A DNA stretch of 53,567 nucleotides, filler included, from Dirinaria sp. TL-2023a (lineage: Eukaryota), in the NCBI GenBank assembly GCA_051941275.1. It is 3 parts of 3 records of this genome, joined end to end, with 100 filler letters (N's around TTAATTAATTAA, not from the genome) between each part and the next. Parts side by side here need not be neighbours in the genome. Positions count along the whole stretch, not along the records: positions 35,834 to 53,567 come from JAVEBF010000413.1; 2 more parts are not named here. One strand, 5' to 3'. Position numbers and translations under genes: made by a program. Within the stretch, counting starts at the first letter, position 1. Every line of letters starts with the position of its first letter. Positions 38,583 through 48,996 of the stretch are shown in pieces. The notes beneath the pieces were generated by a model. The model saw only the letters and a list, made by a program, of their open reading frames with translations, was not told where the DNA came from and ran no database searches.

Positions 38583-40082
38583 TCAGACCTCGTCCTTTCC
38601 CTTTGTAGGGGATCTTGGCGTAGTGTTCCATTTGATACCTGGCTCTTCCGAGACATGAGCATCCTCGGGTATACCTTTGATATTGTCGCCGACATCTGTG
38701 CTGGGCTTTTCGCTGATCTCAGGCCCTTTGCCAGGATCTCCAGACGGCTCGGTGGCATCTAGGGTATCCCTGTCGAGCGATGGATCTGGTAGATCGGCAT
38801 TGCTAGTCTTGGCTCGTATATCGCTCCAATAGTCCTGATCATTGACGTGAATCTCAGCCGCTCTTACAGCTTTCAGCAGATTGTCTTCTCTGCGTTTTGC
38901 TATCTTGTGATCATCTGTAGTCCCGTCATACGAGTTATTCGACGTCTCCGTTGCTTTTTCAAGTGCTTCGAGCAGTATGGTTTGGAACTGCCGGCGAGAC
39001 GTCTGGTATACAAAGAGCGCTAAGATATCGTCCGTCCGGTCTGCGAGATAGTAAATCTCTTCGCCTCCATGTTCCAGAAAGTTCTTGATTGCAGCAATCT
39101 TCTCTCGATCAAGCCTTGACCTTTTCAGGGCTAACATCAGGGCTACTAAGTCCGTGATGTCTGCTGACTCTTCACCGCTCTCGGATTCAGCAATAGAAGC
39201 ATTGAAGTACGTTGACCTGTCCACACTAGTTCTGTGATCAAGAGAATCAGGGCTTGGGTCTCGCTTTGGATGAATGGTGAAATATTCCGCTGTCAACAGA
39301 TGGGCCGCTTTCATACCATCCTTCTCGCCTGCTCTATGTGGATGGATCTTAACACGCTTCCTGAGCCATCTTCGGCGCCTTACGAAAGAATGAAACCAAG
39401 GATGGGAGCCATGCCATGCAAAGCCTTGTTGAAAGCTGAATGAATATTCCCATCCTTCTTCATCAACGTCATGCGACATGTCAACATACCACGTTCGCCA
39501 AGCCCACGTCCAGCTAGGGTCTGGGACTTGTGCGTTGGTAATGTCGACGGGGCTGTCGTGAAAAGTAGACGTTTGCCAGCCAGACGGGTCGAAGTTGAGA
39601 AGTGACTTCGCGGAGTAGAGAGGAATACCACACAAGAAGGAGCCTCGTTGGTTCTCGTAGAGAATATCAACTTCGTAGCTTTCTTTTGTTTTCGCAACTT
39701 CTGCCTTCTCCTTCCTCGCTTTGAAGGGTATTTTATCTCGCAGACCACCGGGCATTTCAGTCCTCTTTCCCTGACTGGCTGTAGACCCTTCACCATTCTT
39801 ACTTCCGCCCTCTGCACTTAACTTCGTTCGTTCCGTAGAGCTCGCTCGCTTGTCCTCTTGCCAATTTGCAAATCTCCGCCGCGCTAATTCTTCACGTAGA
39901 CGCCTTTTGGTCCATTGCCGACTAAGAGGCGCTCCACCTCCTTCTGATCCAAGAGCATCTTCGGATGCCCCTCTCGGTTCAGAATCAGTTTTAGTAGAGT
40001 CAACTAAGCTGATCTCGTGATCATAGGCTTCAGGATCGATAGTCTGCGTTCTGGAAGCCGGGACAAGTCCTGCTATTGACAT
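38583..40082 (-). CDS. Dysferlin-domain protein, Spo73/Mug65-like
   Basis: Single 499-aa ORF with YENQRG, PDPSWTWAWRTWYVDM, DEEGWEYS and FVRRRRWLRKR DysF motifs. Confidence 0.85.
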   Translation of the reverse strand: MSIAGLVPASRTQTIDPEAYDHEISLVDSTKTDSEPRGASEDALGSEGGGAPLSRQWTKRRLREELARRRFANWQEDKRASSTERTKLSAEGGSKNGEGSTASQGKRTEMPGGLRDKIPFKARKEKAEVAKTKESYEVDILYENQRGSFLCGIPLYSAKSLLNFDPSGWQTSTFHDSPVDITNAQVPDPSWTWAWRTWYVDMSHDVDEEGWEYSFSFQQGFAWHGSHPWFHSFVRRRRWLRKRVKIHPHRAGEKDGMKAAHLLTAEYFTIHPKRDPSPDSLDHRTSVDRSTYFNASIAESESGEESADITDLVALMLALKRSRLDREKIAAIKNFLEHGGEEIYYLADRTDDILALFVYQTSRRQFQTILLEALEKATETSNNSYDGTTDDHKIAKRREDNLLKAVRAAEIHVNDQDYWSDIRAKTSNADLPDPSLDRDTLDATEPSGDPGKGPEISEKPSTDVGDNIKGIPEDAHVSEEPGIKWNTTPRSPTKGKDEV

Positions 40083-40516
40083 CTCGACTTAGAGAAATAC
40101 GGTGCAGCTCATGATCATTCAGGTCGACTTGCGGGAGGGACTAGGCAGCGACGCAGAAGAGGAGAAAGTTAATTGCACCTGTTTGCCCAGACCTCACAAA
40201 CGCCAATAAAGGAAATGCAAATATACAACGAAGAAAAGTATTATCGGCTGCAATCTCTCTTAAAAGAGAGGTTTCCAAGACGAGAGGCTGCGAGGCTGCA
40301 AAGCAATGGAATCTAGAGCGATTTAGGCGAGGCGGGAAAATAACGTCACATGCGCTTGGCGGGAACCAGTTTATCCAACTCCACGCTTGTGAAGGTGAAT
40401 CCTAGGAAGCTTCAGGCAGTAAGCAGCAGTACTGTTATCCACAAACCCCCTTCTTAGTCCAAAGACCCTAGAATCGCCCAACTCACTCTTGTATTCGTTT
40501 ACCCAGTCCTACCACG

Positions 40517-41093
40517 ATGGCTGGACGAAGAGTAGTACCAGTGCTCGCCACTCTCGGTGTGGTTGGTGGTGGATATTATCTGTACACTGCGGGTGGAGAT
40601 CCCAAGGTTGCAAAGAAGGAAATTGAGCGTAAGGGAGCTCCCATATGCGTGTTGTTATTTGCGTAGTCCCGACTGAGCGACATGACAGACGATGCAACGG
40701 CAGTCTCCAACCGAATAAAGGGCAAGGATTACTCCACGAAGGAAGCACAGAAGCAAGGAGAGGAGTGGGCGCAGAAAGCCGGCTCCAAGATCGACCAAAC
40801 TGTGAGCGCATGATACACCGACCGCTTCTTCACCTGTACTAATGATCTTTGATCAGGTTGCGGACGCTCGCAACTCCATCCGAGAGACCGACGCGACTAT
40901 TGCGCAGCAGACGCGTGAAGCTCAAGGCAAGGTTAGCAGTTTCACCAAGGATACTCTGGCTCAGGCCGAGAAGTCGGCGCAGCAGACCGGCAAAGAGGCG
41001 AATAATGCCATCGACAAGTTCGATAAGACCGTGGAGAGGAAGACGTCCGAAGCGAAGAGTGGCATCCTGAGTTGGCTGGGCTTCGGCAAGTAG
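40517..41093 (+). CDS. Small protein with an N-terminal anchor and an Ala/Lys/Gln-rich LEA-like helical body; 3 exons
   Basis: ATG 40517; introns 40629-40688 and 40802-40856 are in frame: MAGRRVVPVLATLGVVGGGYYLYTAGGDPKVAKKEIEHDA...IDKFDKTVE..SGILSWLGFGK. Confidence 0.85.
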
Positions 41094-41627
41094 ATCCTGA
41101 GCGTCATAATCGGGTCCTATTCCATCTCAGGTTGACATTTCGAGAATCGGATGAGTTCGCATGGGTTCATTGTCTTTTCACGCTATGGCGACTGTAAGCT
41201 CCTCTTCTTGTATGATACCAAGGCCAAATTTTCGGATCCTCAATCCGTTCCGCTACAACCACTCTCATATCTAGCCAAAATTCAAAAATTCGATGATTAG
41301 TTCCCACGAACGCGCGGCAGCTTGAGTGATTGCGACTTTGGCTATAGGGTTTTATTGATTAAACATTTAATACAGAAACATGGTGCATAATCCTCAGCGC
41401 TTCGATGGTTATTTGGTAACCCCTACGAACTACTTGCGATTCAATGGGCTGCATATTAGAGCAAAGTCTCTAACGTCGTAATATGAGAAATTCTTATCAA
41501 AACTAAACCAACAATGTATTACAGTGGGCGACTTAGGGCACAGCGTACCGCCAACATTTGGCGTTACCTCGCAAAAGAAGCTAAGGTAAATGATATATCC
41601 CGAATAGGAAATAGCCTCGGCAAATGC

Positions 41628-41647
41628 GTCGCGTCGGGCGACGCGAC
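41628..41647. promoter_or_regulatory. Palindrome with two ACGCG (MCB-like) cores upstream of the cdt1-like gene
   Basis: GTCGCGTCG-GG-CGACGCGAC, ending 90 nt before the ATG at 41737. Function is inferred. Confidence 0.55.
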
Positions 41648-41736
41648 TTCCTCCGACACGTCCATCATCCAACTATTGAGGAGCACCTTCCTCTGCTCCC
41701 CAAGAATCCCAGAACATTTCTGCGTAGGCAATCGCA

Positions 41737-43344
41737 ATGCCGCCAGTCGTTAGAGGGCAGAAGGATGCTCTTTCTACCGTCAACGCAGTTGCCAATGGCA
41801 AACAGCAACGTAGTATCCTTACTTATGGCAAGATCTCCAAAGCCCAAGCAGCTTCACCAATCCTAGGAAAGCGCAAGGTTGCCGAAGACGCAGAGGGAAT
41901 TGGGTGCGATCCGAGATCTAAGAGACGGAAGGCGGAATCGGTCAAGGAATATAGACCTCAAGATGAAGATTTAGTCGACCCCAATGCTATCTCGGAACCT
42001 TCACGACCGTTTGTTAATGACACTCCGCCGCGCAAATCATCTCAAGCCGAGCCTTGCCAATCTTCTTTACCGTCACAGGCTTTCAAACCTACTCCTAACA
42101 GGAAAGTACTCGGAGCGGCCGTTGCGGAAACTCCAACCAAAGGCGCAAGGTCCATCCTAGAATCATTCTCCATCCAATCGTCGCCGCCCTCCACTCGAAG
42201 CTCATCGCCCACCCAACCGCGGCTTAGCAGCCCCCCAACATCGCCATCCTCATTCAGAAGCTCAAGTCCTGTCTGTAGTGACTGCGAAGATTTGCCAGAG
42301 GCACTACAAGACCTCATTAGGCTACATTCGTCCTTCTTGTCTGCTCTATCTCTTCACTATGCGCATCACGGCGTTTTCACTCCGGTCGATTTGCGCGTGC
42401 TGAACGTCAGCATCGAGCGCATATGGAGGAAGAGAAGAGTTCATAATGATGACATCCAGAAGATCCTTGGTTTGACACATATCCCTAGATCATCGGGTCA
42501 AAAGCTTCGGGGCGCTTGCTCACTCCGTCTCCTCGACTATGGGTACGGGAGAATATGCGTCGAGCTAGCGGAGGATTTAGAGAAGCGAGTGCTGCACAAG
42601 CGACCATTCGATGAAGAAAGCTGCCAATCCGAATTTCATGGGCTCCTGGAACGGAGATGGAACCGATATGCCGGTAAGGAATCAATTTCAAACTCTGCTG
42701 AAGAGTTCCTGGCCGACCTTCCAACCCTACCTATAAACCCCTGCGACTCCCTTTCCAGGCTCACACCGCTCCTTGCCAAAGGACAGGGGAGACTAGAAGA
42801 TCTCAAGAGCAGCGCTGTTCAAGCGCAGAAGTCCTTATCGTTCTCGGACTCCACGATATCGGCAAAAGGCGCCCCGAACACAGGCGCAAGGCTTACCAAT
42901 TCGCGAAATAAGAGCCTGCTGTCTCGTATTCGAGCTAAGGAGCTGGTCCAATCCACTTTGCCGCCTCCGCCAACAGCTGCTACGGTGGCTAAGAAATCGG
43001 CGTTGCGGCGCATTGAGGATATTACTCCCGTGCTCGAAATGCTCACTTCGAGTTCCAATGGCGAAAGTTGCAAGGTAGAGTCCAGAATCTCAAAGCCTCA
43101 GCAGCAGGCCCAAAGCAAATCTTTCACGATGCCAACCATAGTACAAAACCTACAAATGTCACTTCGCAACCCAATTTCGAAGGAGGAAGCTGTGACATCT
43201 GTAAGAACGCTGTCGGAACTGTGTCCTGAGTGGATTGGATTGAACGTGTTAGGGAAGTGCGTTAGTGTTACGGTTCGCAAGAGCGAGGCGGTGGGAAAGG
43301 AGGAAATTGGGCGGAGGGTAAGAGAGTTGTTGCAGTCGTTATAA
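41737..43344 (+). CDS. cdt1: DNA replication licensing factor Cdt1-like protein
   Basis: 535-aa intronless ORF. Basic S/TP-rich N-terminus, LPEALQDLIRLHSSFLSALSLHYAH, SLLSRIRAKE, and a C-terminal winged-helix-like FTMPTIVQNLQMSLRNPISKEEA..LCPEWI. Confidence 0.75.
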   Translation: MPPVVRGQKDALSTVNAVANGKQQRSILTYGKISKAQAASPILGKRKVAEDAEGIGCDPRSKRRKAESVKEYRPQDEDLVDPNAISEPSRPFVNDTPPRKSSQAEPCQSSLPSQAFKPTPNRKVLGAAVAETPTKGARSILESFSIQSSPPSTRSSSPTQPRLSSPPTSPSSFRSSSPVCSDCEDLPEALQDLIRLHSSFLSALSLHYAHHGVFTPVDLRVLNVSIERIWRKRRVHNDDIQKILGLTHIPRSSGQKLRGACSLRLLDYGYGRICVELAEDLEKRVLHKRPFDEESCQSEFHGLLERRWNRYAGKESISNSAEEFLADLPTLPINPCDSLSRLTPLLAKGQGRLEDLKSSAVQAQKSLSFSDSTISAKGAPNTGARLTNSRNKSLLSRIRAKELVQSTLPPPPTAATVAKKSALRRIEDITPVLEMLTSSSNGESCKVESRISKPQQQAQSKSFTMPTIVQNLQMSLRNPISKEEAVTSVRTLSELCPEWIGLNVLGKCVSVTVRKSEAVGKEEIGRRVRELLQSL

Positions 43345-43643
43345 AGGTTGAGATGATAGTCAGCAGACGTTTGCTTTTGGAAAAGCAGGATCAGGGTGGG
43401 CTCATTGATACCCAACAGAAGTGGTTCAATTGAGAACAATGATATCTTCTGCATGTTCCCTTGTGCAGTTGAGTTTCGGAAAGTCCTTGATCTTTCGAAA
43501 CATTGCCAACCTGTACGCTCATGTACTTCGAACAGTTCGACCGATCCAGCTGCGAGCTTGTAAGGCAAAGCAACCGAGATACGACCTTTCCCCACCCTGT
43601 TGGTACAGTTACTTCTAATGCTGCCACGTCCCATAATCGCAAA

Positions 43644-45815
43644 TCAGAAAATAAGCCCTAGTGCCCACCATGCATGTGTTCCGAGAAGTCCTAAGACAGT
43701 CCTTGAAGTAGGCAAGTATTCGACTCGGGAACCCACGAGCTCGGGCTTCACTGGCGCACTACGATGGAGAAAACAGCTTGTGTCAGCAGCACTTTGTACG
43801 AAGACCCATAGCAAGATTAGCCTTATGACGAGATAGAAAGCGTCAATCAGCGCTGGCTGCCCAAATGCGATGAGATCGCTCGCCAGCACTTTCGTAACGG
43901 CTTTTCGGTACCGCGACGCTGCGTGCTTGTCTAAATCCCTCATGGAGAATTGGTCAAGTGCCGAGAAAGAAAAGGTGCGAATGTCATGAGCAATCCACTC
44001 CCCGACCTGCGGGGAAAAATGGGTCGAAGATGACTTCCAGCAATTATTTCGTAGCCATATCAGAAAGCGCCAGCGTATAGAGTCAAGGGAATATAACATT
44101 CCCAAAGTTGAACGTCGATTAGATTTATTTGCAGCAAGCATCTGGCTTGCTTGCGTTTCGAAAATTTTAAGGAAGTTCTGCGGGTCTGAGACGAGGAAGG
44201 TCTGGCTTTCCGGAGCGGAAGCCAAGAAAGAGGTCGTGAAGAACTCCGACAGATGGGCGTAACGAACCAGCTGGGCATAGAATAGTGGACTGGTGACCTG
44301 GAACTCGATGGGACCATCCGGCAAGTTTACGAGCGAGGAATCTAGTGATTCCTGAGGATGGAATGCCTCTGAAATGCCATCCATCGGGGAAATGTAGCTC
44401 ACAGGTCGACAAGTGTTCGACTGCTCGACCTTTTCCTTGAGGAACGCCCGGAAACTCTTTTCGATGGCCCTGTTATATATCAGCAGCTTTCTTACACAAA
44501 ACGATCCCTGAGTATATACCGCTCGTTGTCCGTTGCCTCCCTTCCAAGGGACGTTCGGAGAACTTCAGGGCGGTACCAAACGTGCAATTTTCTCCGAAAG
44601 AATAACTTTGCAGCCTCTTTCAGGATTCGAGGAAACGTCATGAAGCCAACCCACCACCAAGCTGCTGCAAAGCGGAAGATCTTCCAGTAGCTCATTTGCG
44701 ATGGGTCAAGACAAATACCTGTGGAGAAGATGCGGGCAACAAGCTTGGGGTGACCTTTAGAAGAAGCCAGTGTAATAACATTGTCAACTTTGCGCTGTCG
44801 ATAGATGTCCTGAGCTGATAAGGAGTATGACCCTTTACGAGAGTTGAACGGTGAGACGTGAAAGTCCTTCGTCCAGGACCTAGAGAATTTTCTTGGAGAC
44901 TCTTGAAAACCCTCACCGAGCTTGGACACTGCATCGGCAGCGCCGTTGAGCGTATTCTCCACTGCCGATGGCTGCCCTGTGATAGGCGCCTTGTTGCCAG
45001 GCTCGGAACTATCGCCCTTCAGAAAATACATTCGCCGTTCATCGAAGGTATTGTTGACTTCTACAATCATGGCCTTGAGATTCTTATGCTCATCATACAA
45101 ATACCAAAAAGAGGCTGGATTGAAAGAGTATCCTAGAAAGCGAGGTGCCGTGACCAGGTACACAGAGGTATAAAGTCCTAAGTCCTCGTTCTAGTCACAT
45201 ATTCAGCGTGGTATATAGCGTCAGTTCTGTATAGCTCACCTGAGATGCAAGAAAGCTCTGCAACTTGCCTTTAAGCCCGTCAACATCACTTCCACGCTGT
45301 AAGTAATCCTCGGCGTTGACACTGAACCAGGTTCTCTGACGCTGCCTTGCACATGATTGGCTGTCCGTCTCGTCTGCTGAAAGGAAGGATCCAATAGCGC
45401 CTCTCCACCCGACTGGGATCCCAACGAGAAGATAAGAGTATGAGAAAGAATGCTTTTTAGGAAAGAAACGTGCATGGGTGGTTCGACATGGGAATATCAA
45501 GGGCTTCAAGAAATCCGTCACGAATGGATCGGCTGTTTTGGAAGAGATTTCTTTTCGACCGAGGTTTGAAGAGAAGAACCAGAGTGCCAGGAAGCTCGAT
45601 GAGGAAATAATTGCCGTACAGGCCAGTGACCTATAATCACTATAGATCGAGCCTGCGGAACAGATTATGAACTCCTTACAATAATCTCGATAGCCCCATA
45701 AAGCAAATGCCGCAATCCATCGGGCATCGGACCAAGTCGCCTCATCATCGTAGTAGAGTCTGAGCATCCATGGAAAAACACCAGAAAATGCTAAAATTGC
45801 TCTATCGAGGCTCAT
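43644..45815 (-). CDS. DUF1365-like protein with hydrophobic extensions; 3 exons
   Basis: Introns 45239-45191 and 44519-44470 are in frame. Motifs HARFFPKKHSFSY, PRFLGYSFNPASFWY, EVNNTFDER, KDFHVSPF, RILKEAAKL. Confidence 0.85.
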
Positions 45816-46292
45816 GGCAGCGATGTATTCGAGCGTGGCCTGAATCTAGTGACGTCCAACAAAATGCGCCCGAGCGGCCTGCCATTATTGTTCGCTACGA
45901 GGTATGCTTGAGTATTAGCTTTGGCGACATAAGGACTCGCCACACAATCTTAATGATCTCGAATTAGTAAGTGGCCAGAAATTGATAGAACGATCCAAAA
46001 ATGCTTATTTCGACTTAGCGCCAACTGGACGTGAATCATCGCCAAGACATTTACTTGTCACTTCCGTTCGTCTTCCTTCCAAATAATATCCTCTCTTCAA
46101 TACAGACAACCCTTTTGCCCAATCAACAGAAAGCAGAAATTTTCTATCTCTACATCTCAATCTTCTCTCAGATCCAATACAGCACGCTATCAAAAGCTTC
46201 AGTAGTGAGCAAGACCTTCTTACACAAGCCTGCCCTCTAAAGCCAGATCTCCCCGGAGATAAAAACCTACACCCTTCAAGAACCGCTTCACC

Positions 46293-46825
46293 ATGGCCGA
46301 CGACTGGGACACCGTGACCAAGATCGGCAGCAAGACCCGCGGCGGTGCCTCGCAGCGCGAGACCGTGGTCCGCGGCAACGCAGCCTTGAACCAAGCCCAA
46401 CGCTCCGGCGCCGTTGTCGGCACGGAGAAGAAGTTCGCCACGGGTAACACTGTAAGCTCTCTCTCTCCCCCTCCCGCCGCTCTCTTTTCCCATCAAAAGC
46501 CGTCAAATATTAACACAAAACGATTCAGGTGAACAAATCTGGTTCGGAAGGGGCCCGCCTCACCAAAGTCGACCGCTCAGACGATATCGTACCGGTTCAG
46601 AAGACGGGTCCTGAGATCGGGGCCGCCATCCGTGCTCGTCGTTCGAAAGAGGGACCGTACAAGATGACGCAGGCGGAGTTGGCGAAGAAGGTGAATGCTC
46701 CCGCGAATGATATCAAGATGTTGGAGAGTGGGGAGGGGGTCAAGAACCAGGGATTGCTGAATCGGGTCGCCCGGACTTTGAAGATTAGTCCTAAGACTGG
46801 CAAGCCTTTGGATGAGGACAAATGA
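46293..46825 (+). CDS. MBF1: Multiprotein bridging factor 1; 2 exons
   Basis: [17 protein letters not shown]; intron 46452-46528; [13 protein letters not shown]; helix-turn-helix [11 protein letters not shown]. Confidence 0.95.
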
Positions 46826-47081
46826 TGGGAGGGGCATGGTTAGTGATGGGAAGCGGACTTGGGCTTGGGGGGTGGGAGCTTTAGCAAATATGTTTAGACA
46901 GCAAGAATGATAGATCTGGCTCCTTGCATTCTTGCGTGAAGCTTGAAGGAAGCATGGATGACAACTAAGCTTGCCCCTTGATTTCCTGGCATTGCGAAAA
47001 TGTACAGCATGAAATGAACCCACTATCCAGCTTATATACCCAAGCGCAAGTATCTACAGATGTTTTCTCTTTCCTGTACAT

Positions 47082-48626
47082 TTATAAGTTCTCCTTCAGG
47101 TTAGCCTTCATTCTCCTTTCCACGGCATTAAGGTATTGCTGTGTGGTCACGTAGTCATCTTTGCCAGTCTTACCACAAGCCAGGGCAAGGTCCTTTGTCA
47201 TAATACCGTCTCTGTCAACGGTATCCACGCAAGCTCTTTCCAGGCTCTCGGCGAACGCCACAACCTCAGGTGTCCCATCAAGTTCTCCTCGCTGTACGAG
47301 TCCTCTCGTCCACGCAAAAATGCTGGCTATGGGGTTCGTTGATGTAGGGTTGCCTTTCTGATGTTCTCTGAAATGCCGGGTCACTGTGCCATGCGCGGCC
47401 TCCGACTCGAACGTCTTGCCATCCGGCGTTATTAACACTGAAGTCATGAGGCCAAGGGAGCCAAAGCCTTGCGCGACAATATCGGACTGCACGTCGCCAT
47501 CATAGTTCTTCAGCGCCATGACGTATCCTTGCATATCACGTAGTCAGCACTGCGTTTGATTTTACAGGGGATTGAAACGCATGCGGACAAACGACTCCAG
47601 AGTTCCATTCGCGAGGGAGCTCTCATAGCTCGCCGCGACTAGGGAAGGAAGAAGAAAAAAAATAAGAGAACATTACTAACCGCCGGTAGACTTCATCATC
47701 TGGGCAACCATATCATCAATGAGGCGATGTTCATACCAGATTTCCTTTTCCTTGAATTGTGATGCATAATCCTTTTCAAATATTTCCTGGAAAATATCTT
47801 TGAACCGTCCATCGTATTTTTTCAATATTGTGTTCTTAGTGCTCAGGTACAACGGCAACGACTTGCTCAGCGCAAGCTTGAAGCTTGCATGTGCGAACCC
47901 GCTTATGGATTCATCGGTATTGTACTGCGTCTGTGCGACGCCACCCCCTTCTGCAAACTCAAAGACTTTGATCCTCTCCAATTCGCCGCCCCTGGGCGTA
48001 AAGACCATCTCGAGCGTTCCTGCGCCTTTAGCGACGTAGTCCTTCGCCCGGTACTGATCTCCAAACGCGTGTCGGCCTATTATTATCGGCTTCTTCCATC
48101 CCGGTACCAGTCGTGGTACACGAGGGATAACAATTGGTTCCCTGAACACGGTCCCACCCAATTGATTCCTGATTGTGCCATTCGGACTCAACCACATCTT
48201 CTTCAGCTTGAACTCTTTCATTCGTGCTTCGTCCGGCGTGATGGTCGCGCATTTGACGCCAACCGAATACTTTTTGATCGCTTCGGCGGCGTCGAGCGTG
48301 ACTTGGTCATTGGTTTCATCTCGGTATGGCAGCCCGAGGTCATAGTATTTGAGCTCGATGTCCAGATATGGATGGATGAATTTGTCTTTGATGTCTTTCC
48401 AGATGATGCGCGTCATTTCATCGCCATCCAGCTCCACCACTGGGTTGGTAACCTTGATCTTGCGTGATGAAGACATTTTCCGTGTATTGAAGTGGGGAAA
48501 CGCTGGCTTTCTCACGGGCTCTTGCCGGCAGTGGGACCGATTGCAAGAACACAAAGGACGAAGAGTTTGAAACCCGAGTCGAGAGGCAGAGCAATGATAC
48601 GGGAGCACTGCCCAGCGGGCATGCAT
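47082..48626 (-). CDS. IDP1: NADP-dependent isocitrate dehydrogenase; 2 exons
   Basis: [49 protein letters not shown]. Intron 47680-47528 (GTTAGT..CTGAC..AAG). In-frame ATGs at 48626 and 48476. Confidence 0.96.
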
Positions 48627-48996
48627 TGTTGGTGTCAGAGCAAGTCGAAAAATTTGGTCATGAAGTTGCTCCAAGAGCCAGAGATGCGGAGCTCTCGGCA
48701 AACCTCGGCAGTGGGGCAAACTAGGGCTTTGGTATGATATCAAAAAGAAATAGCATGCGAGCGAGGCGAATTTCCTACGGAATTGACAAATCTGTTACAG
48801 CTAAAATGCATTTCTTGTTGCTGAACGAATATCTACCGATGTCATATGAGAGCTCATTATCCGATGTCTATATGGTATCTTTGTCTCGTATCGTCGAGGA
48901 TCGTTGTTGAATATCAAGTCTACACGACAGGCCTTTTTCTGCTCCCGGTGCATGCGCTGGTGTTGAAATAAGATCTTGTTGTCGAAAGTAAACACT

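Noticed and set aside
47528..47680. Nested (stwintron-like) structure in the IDH intron, suggested by an internal pyrimidine tract and CTAG
   Set aside because: No good internal branch point, and two-step splicing would shift the frame; a single GT..AAG intron explains the protein.
48627..48743. ORF-track IDH start at 48743
   Set aside because: It is a non-ATG codon; the first in-frame ATG is at 48626.
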